DNA of 64,000 nt from an uncultured delta proteobacterium (GTDB taxonomy: Bacteria; Desulfobacterota; Binatia; JACPRU01). Under the pieces are notes generated by a model. It worked only from the letters and a program-made list of their open reading frames with translations. It ran no database searches and was not told the DNA's origin. A program made the translations under genes and the position numbers. This document shows, piece after piece, positions 9,256 through 19,923 of the stretch. How positions within the stretch are numbered: the stretch's first letter is position 1; every line of letters begins with the position of its first letter. The DNA lies in NCBI GenBank assembly GCA_963712515.1, contig CAVQIG010000018.1, positions 17,401 through 81,400 of the forward strand, in the 5' to 3' direction.

Positions 9256-10989
9256 GTGCCGCATGAGTCTATGAGCGCGGCTCCTTCGCCGCTATCGCAG
9301 CGTTCCGTAGCAGTCCGGTCGCAGGTGCCGGTCGAGATCGCTCCCCCCCGCCTCCACGCGCTCCGCGCCGCCGAAGCCTGGAGCGCCGCCGTGCTGCTCG
9401 CCCTGCAGTTCGCGCTGCGCATCGCCTATGCCCTGCGCGAAAGGGTCGACACGGACGAGCCCCAGCACCTGCACGTTGCCTGGGCGTGGACGCAGGGGCT
9501 CGTGCCCTACCGGGACGTCTTCGACAACCATGCCCCGCTGTTCCATCTGCTGATGGCGCCGTTCGTGGCGGCGCTCGGCGAGCGCGCGGACCTGCTGATC
9601 GCAATGCGCCTGGCGATCCTGCCGCTCACGGCGATTCTGTTGTGGTCCGTCTACCGGCTCGGCCGTGAGTTGTTCTGCGATCGAGTCGGCTTGTGGGCGG
9701 CGACGCTCTTGGGAGTGATGCCGGCCTTCTTCCTGACATCGCTCCAGTTCCGTGCCGACGATCTGTGGGCGGCGCTCTGGCTGGCCGCTCTCGCGACGGC
9801 CGTCACCGGTCGGTTCGGCGCCGGGCGCGCGCTGGCGACGGGAGCACTGATCGGCGCGACGTTCGCCGCGTCGATAAAGACCTGTATGCTCCTCGCCACC
9901 TTGCTCGCCGCTTTGGCCGCGTCGCTCGCGATGGATCGCCGACGCACGATCGATCTTCGCGACCGGCGGACTTGGATCTCGGCTGGCGCGTGCCTCGCGG
10001 GCATGGCGATGGTCGCGACGGTCGTCTTAGGCCTCTTCACGTGGCTCGGGGCGCTCGCGGAGATGCGCGATCTCTTAGTCCTCCACAACCTCGCCGCCAG
10101 CGCGCGATGGGACTACCCGGGAGCGCGGGTGACGATGTTCGCCGTGATGTTCCCCGCAACCGTCGCGCTTGGTGCCTTCGTTTTGCGGGGCCATTCGACG
10201 CGCGCGTTCGCACGATGTGTGGTCCTGGTGAGCAGCTTGCTCTACATCATCACTCTGAACGGGTTCTGGCCGATCGTCACCCGTCAGGATTGTCTCCCTT
10301 TCTATCCCGTGCTCGCCGTGTTCCTGGTAGCCGCGCTGCTCGAGCTCATGCCGGCGCCCAACCGCAATACGTCGGCGGTCCTCGTATTGATCGCGGTCGT
10401 GCAGATCTCTATGACGCTCTGGGTGTCGCCGCTGCGCAAGAACGGGACGCGCTCTCACGTCGGCCTCGTCGGCGACGTCCTGCGTCTGACTCCCAAGACC
10501 GCTCCCGTCATGGACCTGAAAGGCGAGGCCCTGTTTCGGCGCCGGCCGTTCTTCTACGCGCTCGAGGACGTCACGCGGGTGCGACTGCGTAATGGAGATC
10601 TCGCCGACGACATCGCCGAGCGTCTGATCGCCACGCGCACGTACGTGAGCGTCAACGATAGCCCGAGATTTCCGCCTCGCGCCCGCGCCTTTCTGTTCGA
10701 GAACTACGTGCCGGTCGGCCACTTGCGGGTGGCGGGCAAGCTCTTCGGGGTCGATGCCGCCGGCCGCGGCACGTTCACGATTGCGGTTCCCGGCCGCTAC
10801 GCGGTGCTCGCGCCCAGCGGTCGGGTCGCAGGCGCGCTCGACGACCGTCCTCTCGAGGGGGCGCGGATGCTCGAAGCGGGTCCACATTCCTTTCAGCCAT
10901 CCTCGCCCGCGACGATGCTCGCGGTGGTCTGGGCTGACGCGGTCGAGCAGGGGTTCTCGCCGTTCCACCCCGGGGATGTGCACCAGTGA
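9256..10989 (+). CDS. GT-C fold (ArnT/PMT_2-like) membrane glycosyltransferase
   Basis: DTDEPQHLH first-loop motif, PYRDVFDNHAPL, many TM helices, C-terminal periplasmic domain. Confidence 0.8.
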   Translation: MPHESMSAAPSPLSQRSVAVRSQVPVEIAPPRLHALRAAEAWSAAVLLALQFALRIAYALRERVDTDEPQHLHVAWAWTQGLVPYRDVFDNHAPLFHLLMAPFVAALGERADLLIAMRLAILPLTAILLWSVYRLGRELFCDRVGLWAATLLGVMPAFFLTSLQFRADDLWAALWLAALATAVTGRFGAGRALATGALIGATFAASIKTCMLLATLLAALAASLAMDRRRTIDLRDRRTWISAGACLAGMAMVATVVLGLFTWLGALAEMRDLLVLHNLAASARWDYPGARVTMFAVMFPATVALGAFVLRGHSTRAFARCVVLVSSLLYIITLNGFWPIVTRQDCLPFYPVLAVFLVAALLELMPAPNRNTSAVLVLIAVVQISMTLWVSPLRKNGTRSHVGLVGDVLRLTPKTAPVMDLKGEALFRRRPFFYALEDVTRVRLRNGDLADDIAERLIATRTYVSVNDSPRFPPRARAFLFENYVPVGHLRVAGKLFGVDAAGRGTFTIAVPGRYAVLAPSGRVAGALDDRPLEGARMLEAGPHSFQPSSPATMLAVVWADAVEQGFSPFHPGDVHQ

Positions 10990-11795
10990 GCCTTCCCACG
11001 CCTGCCTCGAGAACACTGCCGGAACCCGCGCGCGCCGCGGTCGGCGCGGGATGTGTCACCGTCATCATTCCGATCTACAACGAGGCGGCGCACGTCGAGG
11101 AGATTCTCAGCGCGGTCGAAGCTTCTCCCGTGGCAAAAGAGATCGTGATCGTGGACGACGGATCGACCGATGGCACGCGCGACAAGCTGCGGGCGCTGTC
11201 CGCGGCTGACGGGCTGACCATCGTCTTTCACGAGAAAAACTACGGGAAGGGCGCGGCTGTCCGGACGGGCTTGCAATACGCGCAAGGGGAGTACGTCCTG
11301 ATCCAGGATTCTGACCTGGAGTATGATCCTCAGGACTATCCCGCTCTCTTGCGTCCGCTGCGGGAGGGCAAAGCAAACGTGGTCTATGGCGTGAGACCGG
11401 ACCGGCCGGAGCGCGGCTTACGGTTCTATCTCGGGGCGAAGTTCCTGACCTACCTGACCAACCTGCTGTACGGCGCGGGCATTCAGGACGAAGCCACTTG
11501 CTACAAAGTCTTTCGTCGTTCACTCCTCGAAAACATCCCGTTGCAGTGCCGTCGCTTTGAGTTTTGTCCCGAGGTCACGGCCAAGCTCTGCCGCCGGGGA
11601 GAAAAGATCTGGGAGGTGCCCATTTCCTATTTCCCGCGCAGCCACGAACAGGGCAAGAAGATCCGGTACTCGGACGGCTGCACCGCCATCTGGGCCTTGG
11701 TGCGCTTTCGCTTTTCGTCTCGCCGGACCCTTCGCCTGGAGACGAAGAAGCTCGACCCCTTTCCAGTCAGTTTCGTCCGCCAGCCGTCGCGTTGA
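10986..11795 (+). CDS. GT2 polyprenol-phosphate glycosyltransferase (DPM1/ArnC-like)
   Basis: IIPIYNE, VDDGSTDGT, NYGKGAAV, QDSDLEYDP, RFEFCPEVT. Confidence 0.93.
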   Translation: MSLPTPASRTLPEPARAAVGAGCVTVIIPIYNEAAHVEEILSAVEASPVAKEIVIVDDGSTDGTRDKLRALSAADGLTIVFHEKNYGKGAAVRTGLQYAQGEYVLIQDSDLEYDPQDYPALLRPLREGKANVVYGVRPDRPERGLRFYLGAKFLTYLTNLLYGAGIQDEATCYKVFRRSLLENIPLQCRRFEFCPEVTAKLCRRGEKIWEVPISYFPRSHEQGKKIRYSDGCTAIWALVRFRFSSRRTLRLETKKLDPFPVSFVRQPSR

Positions 11796-11877
11796 GTGCG
11801 TCTGCGGCGCTCGCGCCCGAGAGCTTCTGCACTAGGAACAGGCTGCCTGCCCATTCGATGGGCCGCGCGGCCGCCCA

Positions 11878-11915
11878 GCGCCGACGCCACCCACGCGAAT
11901 TTCGGGTCGAGGTTA
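11878..11915. mobile_element. Single end of the MITE-like element found at 42512-42697
   Basis: 35/38 identity to the reverse complement of 42512-42549; ends in TA overlapping the stop codon of the 11913-13025 gene. Confidence 0.75.
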
Positions 11916-13025
11916 GGAAAAGCATTTCATCCACCGGACAAGCTCCTCGTCCACCTGATGCACCTCGCTCGGCCGCTCCAGGAACCACCGGCGAGATTTC
12001 CAATTGGTCGTGATCGCTTTGAAATGCCGATGGGTGACAAGCGACGCGACATCCGCATCGGGCAGCATTTCGGTCACGAGGTGGACGCACCATTGCGCGT
12101 GCGCGGGGCATCGCGACGGTACCAGGGTCCATTTGTTGAGCGCATGCGCCGGCAGCACTCTGCGGTAAATGTAGTGGCAATGCCGGCGTGCGTCTCCGTC
12201 ATTCATTTCTGTGGCGTTTTCGATCATGATACCCGGGTATGCGAGATACCCGGTTCGGCTGCGCCGCGCGAGATCGAAGATCGATTCCCCGGTACGGGTC
12301 ACAACCAGCTCATCGATGTCCGCATTCACCACCGCATCCGCGCAGGCAAGAAAACGTAGACGGGCATGCTCCATCACGCCGTACTGAGAAAAATCCGAAT
12401 CCCACATCCATGACGGACCACCGCCAGGACCGAACTTAAAGGGCCAATTCACCACGACAGCCGTTTCCAGACCGGCGATCGACGAAAGCGTCTCGTGAAT
12501 TTCCTCTATGCTGTAGCGGGCCGACGCATTGTCGTAGATCAGCACGGCATTGCAACCGTGGTTGGCGACGTAGAATATCGCCCAGTCGCGAATCCACGTC
12601 AGATCGTTGTCTTTCGACTTCGTGACCAGCACTCGCTTGCTGCGAAACAATTCGCAGTGACTGGGTTGGATGGCGAGGGCTCGCTGCTTGAAACATTGCC
12701 CGTCGAACTCGACGCGGGATGCACGCGGCGCAACCCAAATCTGCATATTCCGATCGAGATGACGGACTTCGCAACGAGAAAAAAGCCGCCTCGCCAACGC
12801 GCGCTGGACCGTGGCCACGACGGGCGACTCTAGATTGTACAGCGGCGGTCCGAGACAGACGGCACGACGCCCGCCGGGCGTCCAGAAACAATCGTAGAAT
12901 ACAGTGTAATAGTCGAAAGCTTCTTCGAACCCGGGTTGCCGGTGCTCCGGCGGGCGCGCCGGGATGCGGCGCAGGTCGTTTGCTTCGTCGAGATCCAGCC
13001 GCGAGAGCGCGATCGTCCGCGTCAC
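11913..13025 (-). CDS. Glycosyltransferase, GT92/GT2-like
   Basis: LIYDNAS and NADIDE (DxD) motifs; HRHFKAI near the C-terminus. Confidence 0.7.
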   Translation of the reverse strand: MTRTIALSRLDLDEANDLRRIPARPPEHRQPGFEEAFDYYTVFYDCFWTPGGRRAVCLGPPLYNLESPVVATVQRALARRLFSRCEVRHLDRNMQIWVAPRASRVEFDGQCFKQRALAIQPSHCELFRSKRVLVTKSKDNDLTWIRDWAIFYVANHGCNAVLIYDNASARYSIEEIHETLSSIAGLETAVVVNWPFKFGPGGGPSWMWDSDFSQYGVMEHARLRFLACADAVVNADIDELVVTRTGESIFDLARRSRTGYLAYPGIMIENATEMNDGDARRHCHYIYRRVLPAHALNKWTLVPSRCPAHAQWCVHLVTEMLPDADVASLVTHRHFKAITTNWKSRRWFLERPSEVHQVDEELVRWMKCFS

Positions 13026-13139
13026 ATCGCCTCCGGCGTCCTTTACGGGTCGCCCCAGCGGCGAAGCAAAACCTGTCGCAGCATTGCCTCGGCCTGTTCG
13101 GCGTGCACGTCGAAATATCCAGCCATGTTCGCCGCCGTT

Positions 13140-14738
13140 CTATGTACCGCTAAGCCATTCGACGGGCTTGCCATCGACGTCCTCGAGGGACACTCCTAGG
13201 CGGCTGGAGATGCTGGGAGCAATATCCTCCAAATCGATGGGCGGCAGTGACCTGGCAGTCGGAATACCGGGGCCATAGGCGAGCAGCAAGCCGTCAGGGC
13301 GATGGTCGCCGCTGCGCCAGTTTAGATAGGGCGCATGGACCATCCCCGTCTTGGGCGACCAGACGGTCTCGATGGGACCCCGACGCACCCAGTCGATGAA
13401 CAGGTCCGGTATCCTGTCGTCCGGACGGCGCCGATAGTGGGCATCCGCCCGGATGACGGATCGAATGACCGGATCGCCGGTGGCGACATTGACCAGCGAG
13501 AGCAAATCCTTTGTCAGCGCGGCGCAGGTCTTGTCGAAGTCATCGGGGTGGACGGTGCCGCGCGGCTCGCGGCCCGTCAGATTGAGGCGCACGCCGCCAT
13601 AGACGTAGTTGTTCGGTTCCATGAAAAAATGCTGCTGCGCCCTGGCCGCCGGCGTGGCGTATTCGGCGGCCGACGGCAGATGCCGGGATAGGGCGCGCCG
13701 GCGCAGCGCCGGGGTGGCGAAGGCCGTCAGCTGCCGCAGCAGGGGGCGGGGCAGGGACAGGCTCGCGCGCTTGAGCCCATCCAGGACACTCCTGACTGGC
13801 GGAGGATTGCGATCGAAAGCATCGATCCGCGTCAGTACCTCGTCGAGCATATGCGTGCCGTCGTGATGGGGGCCCATGCCGTGACTGAGATGGACGAGCA
13901 CGGCGGCGTCCGTGGGAGAGTGAGAGAGAAGCTCACCGAGGGCGCGATCGAGCGCGGCGTAGGTCGCCCGCAAAGGATCTCTTCCTATGGCTGCCAGGAC
14001 GTTGCGGTCGAAGCGGGGATGGTTTTCGTCGTGGAGATGCCATTGTTGATGCCCGACGGAGTGGCTTTCCCCGAAGACGGTGAGGAACAGATCCCAATTG
14101 CCCTCTCTTAATAGGGCCGCGGAGAGCTTGCACTTCGCGTGGGTGCCTTGGACCAGTCCCTCCAACAAAGTGACCTCTTCCTCCACGCTGCGAAGCGGTC
14201 CTTCGCGATGGGCATAGTCATCCGGCGCAAACTCGCGGACGCTATGGGCGTCGAGCCCGAGAACCGGATGCAGGCCGAAGGCGGATTCGATCTGCACGGC
14301 GGCGCTGGGCGGCCAGCTATGGAAGCCGAAATGCCGGTCGTGGCAGCCCCATTCGACGATCTGCAAGCCGTTGACGGCGGTCTTGGCCGCGGAATGAGGC
14401 ACGTCGATGATCGCTGAGCGGCGCCCGGCATCGCCGAGCGCGTGCCAGAACGGCGCGGGGGAGCCGCCGGTGGGCGGCGCCGTCAGGCGTCGTTCATAGG
14501 TGGAGACCTCGATCTCGTCCCAGCAATGAAAATGGTGGCGGTCCGGGCGAAGAGCGGTTGCGAAACTCATCCAGAGCGCGCCCACGAACAGGCCGACGGG
14601 ATTGCGCACGAGAGCGCGAGCGGTGTGGTCGAAGAGCCGGGCCAGCGTCGGAAGCTCGCCGGTCTTTGCCAGGGCCCGCGCGATCTCATGATCGCAAGCA
14701 TCCAGGGCGACGAATATAACCGGGCCCCTAGAGTTCAT
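13140..14738 (-). CDS. Alkaline phosphatase superfamily protein (nucleotide pyrophosphatase/phosphodiesterase-like)
   Basis: FVALDA, HSVGHQQWH, SHGMG, SGDHRPDG; start MNSRGP overlaps the upstream gene's stop. Confidence 0.85.
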   Translation of the reverse strand: MNSRGPVIFVALDACDHEIARALAKTGELPTLARLFDHTARALVRNPVGLFVGALWMSFATALRPDRHHFHCWDEIEVSTYERRLTAPPTGGSPAPFWHALGDAGRRSAIIDVPHSAAKTAVNGLQIVEWGCHDRHFGFHSWPPSAAVQIESAFGLHPVLGLDAHSVREFAPDDYAHREGPLRSVEEEVTLLEGLVQGTHAKCKLSAALLREGNWDLFLTVFGESHSVGHQQWHLHDENHPRFDRNVLAAIGRDPLRATYAALDRALGELLSHSPTDAAVLVHLSHGMGPHHDGTHMLDEVLTRIDAFDRNPPPVRSVLDGLKRASLSLPRPLLRQLTAFATPALRRRALSRHLPSAAEYATPAARAQQHFFMEPNNYVYGGVRLNLTGREPRGTVHPDDFDKTCAALTKDLLSLVNVATGDPVIRSVIRADAHYRRRPDDRIPDLFIDWVRRGPIETVWSPKTGMVHAPYLNWRSGDHRPDGLLLAYGPGIPTARSLPPIDLEDIAPSISSRLGVSLEDVDGKPVEWLSGT

Positions 14739-15679
14739 CGCTTGTTCTTCTCGCGCACATAGTCGAAGTCGGCCTCGTAGGTAGGGCCGTGGCTTAATCG
14801 ATGGGGTGCGTCCGTGGTGTAGAAGCAGGCGATGACCGGCAGACCCAGCGGCGGTGCATCGCGGGTGAGTCGCAGGAAGAGATCCCAATCCCCCATTTCC
14901 CGCAAGGACACGTCGAAATGGGCTTCCGCTAGGCCGGCGCGATGCGCGATGCAGCCCATATCGGCGATGTTGCTCTTGGTCACCGCATGATGGTCGTAGG
15001 GCCAGTAGTAGAGCTTCGGCAGGTCGCCGCGGCCTTTCCCGTCGATGCGCGCGGTGTCATCCACCACGAAGGCACCATAGAGGACATTCGTCTCAGGCCG
15101 CTGCTCGAATGCCCAGACGACCGACCTCAGCCATTCGGGATGCATGACATTGTCGTCGTCGAGATAGGCGATTAGCCCGCCGCGCGCCTTCGACAGCGCC
15201 TCATTGCGCGCTGCGCAAACGCCGGCGCCGGCGGAGCGAAGTCTCCTGATTCGGGGATCGCTCAGCCGATCGATGACGGCCGCCGTGTCGTCCCGACTGG
15301 CGTCGTCGACAATCAACAATTCCCAGTTTCGATGCGTCTGCGCCATGACCGAGCCCACCGCGCGCAGGAGGAGGGCACAGCGGTTGCGGGTCGGCAGGAT
15401 GACGGAGACAAGTGGGACCTCCCTCGGGGGCAGGTACTTGATCCAGTCCATGACTGCGCGGACGGTGAGTTGCCGCTCGTGCTCGTCGAGCGACAGCTGG
15501 AGGAGATCCATCCTCTCGAACGCTGCGGCGTGGTAGCCATCGAGTCGATTTTCCAGGGCAGTGATTCGCGCCAGCGAGGCCGCAAGCTTGATCTCGAGGT
15601 CCGCGACCTGCTGCTCGCTCGCTAACAGCCGCGCTCTTACCGCGGCGACGCGCCGGAAGATTTGCAATCGCGGCCACAA
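14735..15679 (-). CDS. GT2 glycosyltransferase with N-terminal coiled coil
   Basis: VSVILPTRNR, VDDAS, YLDDDN, GDWDLFLRL. Confidence 0.9.
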   Translation of the reverse strand: MWPRLQIFRRVAAVRARLLASEQQVADLEIKLAASLARITALENRLDGYHAAAFERMDLLQLSLDEHERQLTVRAVMDWIKYLPPREVPLVSVILPTRNRCALLLRAVGSVMAQTHRNWELLIVDDASRDDTAAVIDRLSDPRIRRLRSAGAGVCAARNEALSKARGGLIAYLDDDNVMHPEWLRSVVWAFEQRPETNVLYGAFVVDDTARIDGKGRGDLPKLYYWPYDHHAVTKSNIADMGCIAHRAGLAEAHFDVSLREMGDWDLFLRLTRDAPPLGLPVIACFYTTDAPHRLSHGPTYEADFDYVREKNKR

Positions 15680-15738
15680 TGCCTGGTAACTTACCGCACT
15701 TCCACCCTTTTTTGTATTTCCTGTTCGGAACAGCGCGC

Positions 15739-15873
15739 CTGTATCTTTCTCCCGCCGAGTACGTGGACAGCGACCACCCCGACGTGCGCGCCTTCGCCCG
15801 CGAGGTCGTTGTCGAAGGCGCGACCCGCCAAGGAGAAGGGGAGGGCGCTCTACGTTGCCGTTCGGGAGATCCG
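15739..15873 (+). pseudogene. Frameshifted N-terminal fragment of a transglutaminase-like protein
   Basis: LYLSPAEYVDSDHPDVRAFAREVV, then in another frame KEKGRALYVAVREIR; similarity then stops. Confidence 0.6.
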
Positions 15874-16431
15874 CGCTCGCTCGAGAAGCGGATACCCTAC
15901 GTATCGCTTTCTCGGAGCTCGGAAGACGTCCGCCGTCTCTTGATCAAGAACCTGGTCAGCGAAGAGGGCCTCGGTGGAGAACCACCGCATTTGCAGCTGC
16001 TGATCGAGTTCGGCGAAGAGATTGGACTGAACGCCACGGAGTTCTACAGTGCCGAACCCATCCTCGAGGTCGATGGCTTGTGCAACTTCTACGCCCGCAT
16101 TTTCTACGGCGGAACGATCGTCGAAGCGGCCGCTGGGTTCAATCTCGCCTTCGAGGGATTGCTTGCGCGCGAGTACCCGAAGATCGCAGAAGCCCTCAAG
16201 AGCCACTACCACGTGAGTCCCAAAGGTCTCCGCTTTTGGGAAATTCACGTCGAGGCGGACGCCGAGCACAGTGGAGACGGCGAGACGATTCTCAACAAAT
16301 ATGCGACGACCGCGGAGCTGCAGAGCAAAGCGCGCCGGGCTGCATTGGTCGGGCTCGAGCATCGTTACGTGGCGATGGACGGGATATTTCGTCGCTTCTC
16401 GGCTGCCTCGAACCACCTGCACCCGGTTTGA
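15874..16431 (+). pseudogene. TenA/PqqC/CADD-like (heme-oxygenase-like) protein, apparently N-terminally truncated or fused
   Basis: NLVSEEG...H, LAFE, FWEIHVEADAEH diiron-type ligands; continuous ORF 15679-16431. Confidence 0.65.
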
Positions 16432-17358
16432 TCACGCGAGGCGGATCCAGTCCCGAGGTCGGAGAAATTTCTCGTAAAGCTCTGCTTCCGGCGTCCCCGG
16501 CTCGGGTCGCCAGTCGTAGCGCCACGAGACGAGCGGCGGCAACGAGGCGAGGATCGACTCGACACGCCCGCCCGATTGCAGACCGAAGCGCGTACCGCGG
16601 TCGTACATCAAATTGAACTCCACGTAGCGACCGCGACGGAAGAGCTGGAACGAGCGCTCGCGTTCCCCGTACGAGTGGCGCTTTCGGCGTGAGAGGATCG
16701 GCCGATAGCCGAGGAGGTAGTGCTCGGCGACGCTCTGGACGAACGCGAACGAACGCTCGAAGCCACCCTCGGTCAGGTCGTCGAAGAAAAGACCGCCGAT
16801 GCCGCGGGGCTCGTCGCGGTGCTTGAGGACGAAATATTCGTCGCATGCTCGCTTGTAGCGTGCGTAGAGGTCGGCGCCGAAGGGGTCGCATGCGGCCTTC
16901 GCCGTGCAATGCCAGTGAACCGCATCCTCTTCGAAGCCGTAGTATGGCGTCAGGTCGAACCCGCCACCGAACCACCAGACGGGCTCCTGGCCGTCGCGTG
17001 CGGCGAGGAACAAGCGGAAGTTCGCGTGGCTCGTCGGCGCGTACGGATTCCGCGGATGCACGATCAGGGAGACCGAGATCGCGTCGTAGCTCGCGCCGGC
17101 GAGCTCGGGCCGCCGCGTGGTCGCGGTGGCGGGGAGATCGCGGCCGACCGTGTGCGAAAAATTCACGGCGGCGCGCTCCAGAACGGGTCCGTCCGCCAGT
17201 ACCCGCGGCCTCGCGAAGCCGCCTCCGTCGCCTTCGATACGCTCGTCAAGGAAGCGGGCTTGCCCGTCTTCCTCCTCGAGCGCGCTCGTCACGCGGTCCT
17301 GGTAGTCGAGGAGGAACGTCTCGACCGCCGCCAGGTGCGAGAATTCCCGTCTGGCCAT
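16432..17358 (-). CDS. hemF: Oxygen-dependent coproporphyrinogen III oxidase
   Basis: [36 protein letters not shown]. Confidence 0.97.
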   Translation of the reverse strand: MARREFSHLAAVETFLLDYQDRVTSALEEEDGQARFLDERIEGDGGGFARPRVLADGPVLERAAVNFSHTVGRDLPATATTRRPELAGASYDAISVSLIVHPRNPYAPTSHANFRLFLAARDGQEPVWWFGGGFDLTPYYGFEEDAVHWHCTAKAACDPFGADLYARYKRACDEYFVLKHRDEPRGIGGLFFDDLTEGGFERSFAFVQSVAEHYLLGYRPILSRRKRHSYGERERSFQLFRRGRYVEFNLMYDRGTRFGLQSGGRVESILASLPPLVSWRYDWRPEPGTPEAELYEKFLRPRDWIRLA

Positions 17359-17456
17359 CTCTCGAACCGAGATTCTACTCGACCCTGGGGAAGGGGTCAC
17401 GTCCCCACTGCCCCTCTCCCTTGCAGGTGTGCGGCGCTCCCAGTAACTTCCGCCGC

Positions 17457-19130
17457 ATGGAAAAGGACATCCGTGCGAAGAGCCGCCGCCTCCTCGACGG
17501 CCCCGACCGCGCTCCGGCTCGGTCCTACTTCAAAGCCATCGGCCTCACCGACGCCGACCTGAAGAAGCCACTGGTCGCCGTGGCGAACACGTGGACCGAG
17601 GCGATGCCTTGTAACTTTCATCTGCGCCGTCTGTCCGAGAAAGTGAAGCAAGGCGTTCGCGCCGCGGGCGGCACGCCACTCGAATTCAACACCATCGCGG
17701 TCTCGGACGGGATCAGCATGGGGACGGAGGGGATGAAGACGTCGCTCATCTCCCGCGAGGTGATCGCCGACTCGATCGAGCTCGCCACGCGCGGGTATCT
17801 CTTCGACGCCGTGGTCGCGATCTCCGGCTGCGACAAGACGATTCCCGGCACCGTGATGGCGCTTGCGCGCCTCGATCTCCCGTCGTTGATGCTCTACGGC
17901 GGCTCGATCGCTCCCGGTCACTTCCGCGGCAAGAACGTCGCGGTAGGGGACATCTTCGAGGCGGTCGGCGCTCACGCCGCCGGCAAGATCTCGGACGCGG
18001 ATCTGGCCGAGCTCGAGAACGTCGTCTGTCCCGGCCCGGGGGCCTGCGGCGGCCAATACACGGCGAACACGATGGCGATGGCCTTCGAGATGCTCGGCAT
18101 CTCGCCCATGGGAGCGAACGGCGTCCCGGCGATGGTCGAGGAGAAAGATCGCGTCGCCTACCGCTGCGGCGAGCTGGTGATGGAGTTGCTCCGCGGCGGT
18201 GTGACGGCCCGCGCGATCATCACCCGCGCGTCGATCGAGAACGCGATCGCCGGGGTTGTGGCCTCGGGCGGCTCGACCAACGGTGTGCTGCATCTTCTTG
18301 CTCTTGCCCGCGAGGCGGGTGTGCCGCTGACGATCGACGACTTCGACGTCATCAGCCGCAAGACGCCACTGATCGTAGATCTGGTTCCCGGAGGCAAGTA
18401 CGTGGCGACCGACCTTCACCGCGCCGGCGGAGTGCCACTGGTGGCGCAGCGGCTCGTCGCCGCCGGCCTGCTCCACGAAGCCCAGCCGACCGTGACCGGC
18501 AAGACCGTCGGTGAGGAAGCCCGCGCCGCAAAGGAAACCGCCGGCCAGAAAGTAGTGGTGACGCTCGATCGGCCGCTCAAGCCGACCGGCGGCCTCGTCA
18601 TCCTCAAGGGAAACCTGGCGCCCGAGGGCTGTGTGGTGAAGGTGGCAGGCCACGAGCGATTGACCCACCGGGGTCCGGCGCGCGTCTTCGAGTGCGAGGA
18701 AGACTCCTTTGGCGCGGTACGTGCCGGAAGGATCAAGCCCGGAGACGTCGTCGTCATCCGTTATGAGGGTCCGAAAGGCGGGCCCGGAATGCGCGAGATG
18801 CTCGGCGTGACCGCGGCGTTGGTCGGCAACGGGCTCGGCGACACGGTGGCGCTGCTCACCGACGGCCGGTTCTCGGGAGCCACCCGCGGACTGATGGCCG
18901 GCCACGTTGCGCCCGAAGCGCAAGTGGGGGGTCCGATCGCCGCGCTGCGCGACGGCGACGTCATCTCGTTCGACATCACCGCTCGTCGGCTCGACGTCGA
19001 GATCGATGACGCTGAGATGAAGAAGCGCCTCGCCGGTTGGACGCCTCCGGCGCCTCGCTACGCAAGCGGCGTGATGGCGAAATACGCGCGCGGCGTATCG
19101 TCGGCATCACTTGGCGCCGTGACGTCGTAA
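17457..19130 (+). CDS. ilvD: Dihydroxy-acid dehydratase
   Basis: [35 protein letters not shown]. Confidence 0.97.
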   Translation: MEKDIRAKSRRLLDGPDRAPARSYFKAIGLTDADLKKPLVAVANTWTEAMPCNFHLRRLSEKVKQGVRAAGGTPLEFNTIAVSDGISMGTEGMKTSLISREVIADSIELATRGYLFDAVVAISGCDKTIPGTVMALARLDLPSLMLYGGSIAPGHFRGKNVAVGDIFEAVGAHAAGKISDADLAELENVVCPGPGACGGQYTANTMAMAFEMLGISPMGANGVPAMVEEKDRVAYRCGELVMELLRGGVTARAIITRASIENAIAGVVASGGSTNGVLHLLALAREAGVPLTIDDFDVISRKTPLIVDLVPGGKYVATDLHRAGGVPLVAQRLVAAGLLHEAQPTVTGKTVGEEARAAKETAGQKVVVTLDRPLKPTGGLVILKGNLAPEGCVVKVAGHERLTHRGPARVFECEEDSFGAVRAGRIKPGDVVVIRYEGPKGGPGMREMLGVTAALVGNGLGDTVALLTDGRFSGATRGLMAGHVAPEAQVGGPIAALRDGDVISFDITARRLDVEIDDAEMKKRLAGWTPPAPRYASGVMAKYARGVSSASLGAVTS

Positions 19131-19223
19131 GGACACGCTTTGGAATTCCAAGCCGCGTGTTGGTCGAACAGAGACGGGACCGCGAACAACGAGAGCGATC
19201 TGTGACGCAGGCTCCCTACCCGG

Positions 19224-19904
19224 CTATCGCTTGGCCTCCGTCTGTGTGGACGGCGGCCCGATCTTCTCCAAGAGCGTCGTCGCGCGGCGGATGAACACGG
19301 GCTTTCCCTGCTCAGTGGCCAGGCGCAGCGCCGTGCGGGTGAGATCGCGCGCTTCGTCGCGGCGAGCGAGATCCACGTAACGATCTGCGAGCTCGAGGCG
19401 GGCGCCCACGGCGGCGGGATCGAGCTCGATCGCGCGCACCAGCAGTACTTCGGCCTTGGCGCCGTCGCCGCCGAGAAAGCGCGGTAGCTGGTTGTAGAGA
19501 CCACCCTTGGCTGCGAGCGCGTCCGCATAGTTCGGATCGAGCTCGAGCGCACGGTCGAGCTCGCTGCGAAGGGCCGGAAGGTGGAGCGCGTTCTTGAACC
19601 AGCCGTCGGTCTGCAGCCATCGGCCCCAGTTCGCGAACAGAGCGAAATGGGCCTCGGGGCTCCCGTCGTCTTGGCGGATGGCCTGCTCGGCGAGATCCTT
19701 GCCTCGAGTGTACCAATCGAGCTTGACGGTGTCATCGTCGCTTCGATCGCCTCGGTCGAGACAGTCGAACGATTCACGAGTGGTTGCGGCCGCTGGACCG
19801 TCCTTGACGTGGTCGGCCAGCGAATGAGAGGCGAGAGCCGGCGCGGTGGAGACCGCCATCAGTGCGAGAGGAGCCGCGAGCAGGGTGAGAGCGGTATTCG
19901 GCAC
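19224..19904 (-). CDS. Secreted TPR-repeat protein (start uncertain)
   Basis: Signal peptide ending APALA; TPR repeats RALELDP/RAIELDP; LPRFLGGD. Confidence 0.75.
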   Translation of the reverse strand: MPNTALTLLAAPLALMAVSTAPALASHSLADHVKDGPAAATTRESFDCLDRGDRSDDDTVKLDWYTRGKDLAEQAIRQDDGSPEAHFALFANWGRWLQTDGWFKNALHLPALRSELDRALELDPNYADALAAKGGLYNQLPRFLGGDGAKAEVLLVRAIELDPAAVGARLELADRYVDLARRDEARDLTRTALRLATEQGKPVFIRRATTLLEKIGPPSTQTEAKR

Positions 19905-19923
19905 GCCTTTCGAAGGTACGCGA

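Noticed and set aside
16845-17456. N-terminal extension of the ilvD ORF (likewise for the thiolase, iscS, pepA, ppiD and BamE-like ORFs)
   Set aside because: Overlaps neighbouring genes or intergenic DNA; homology starts at downstream start codons
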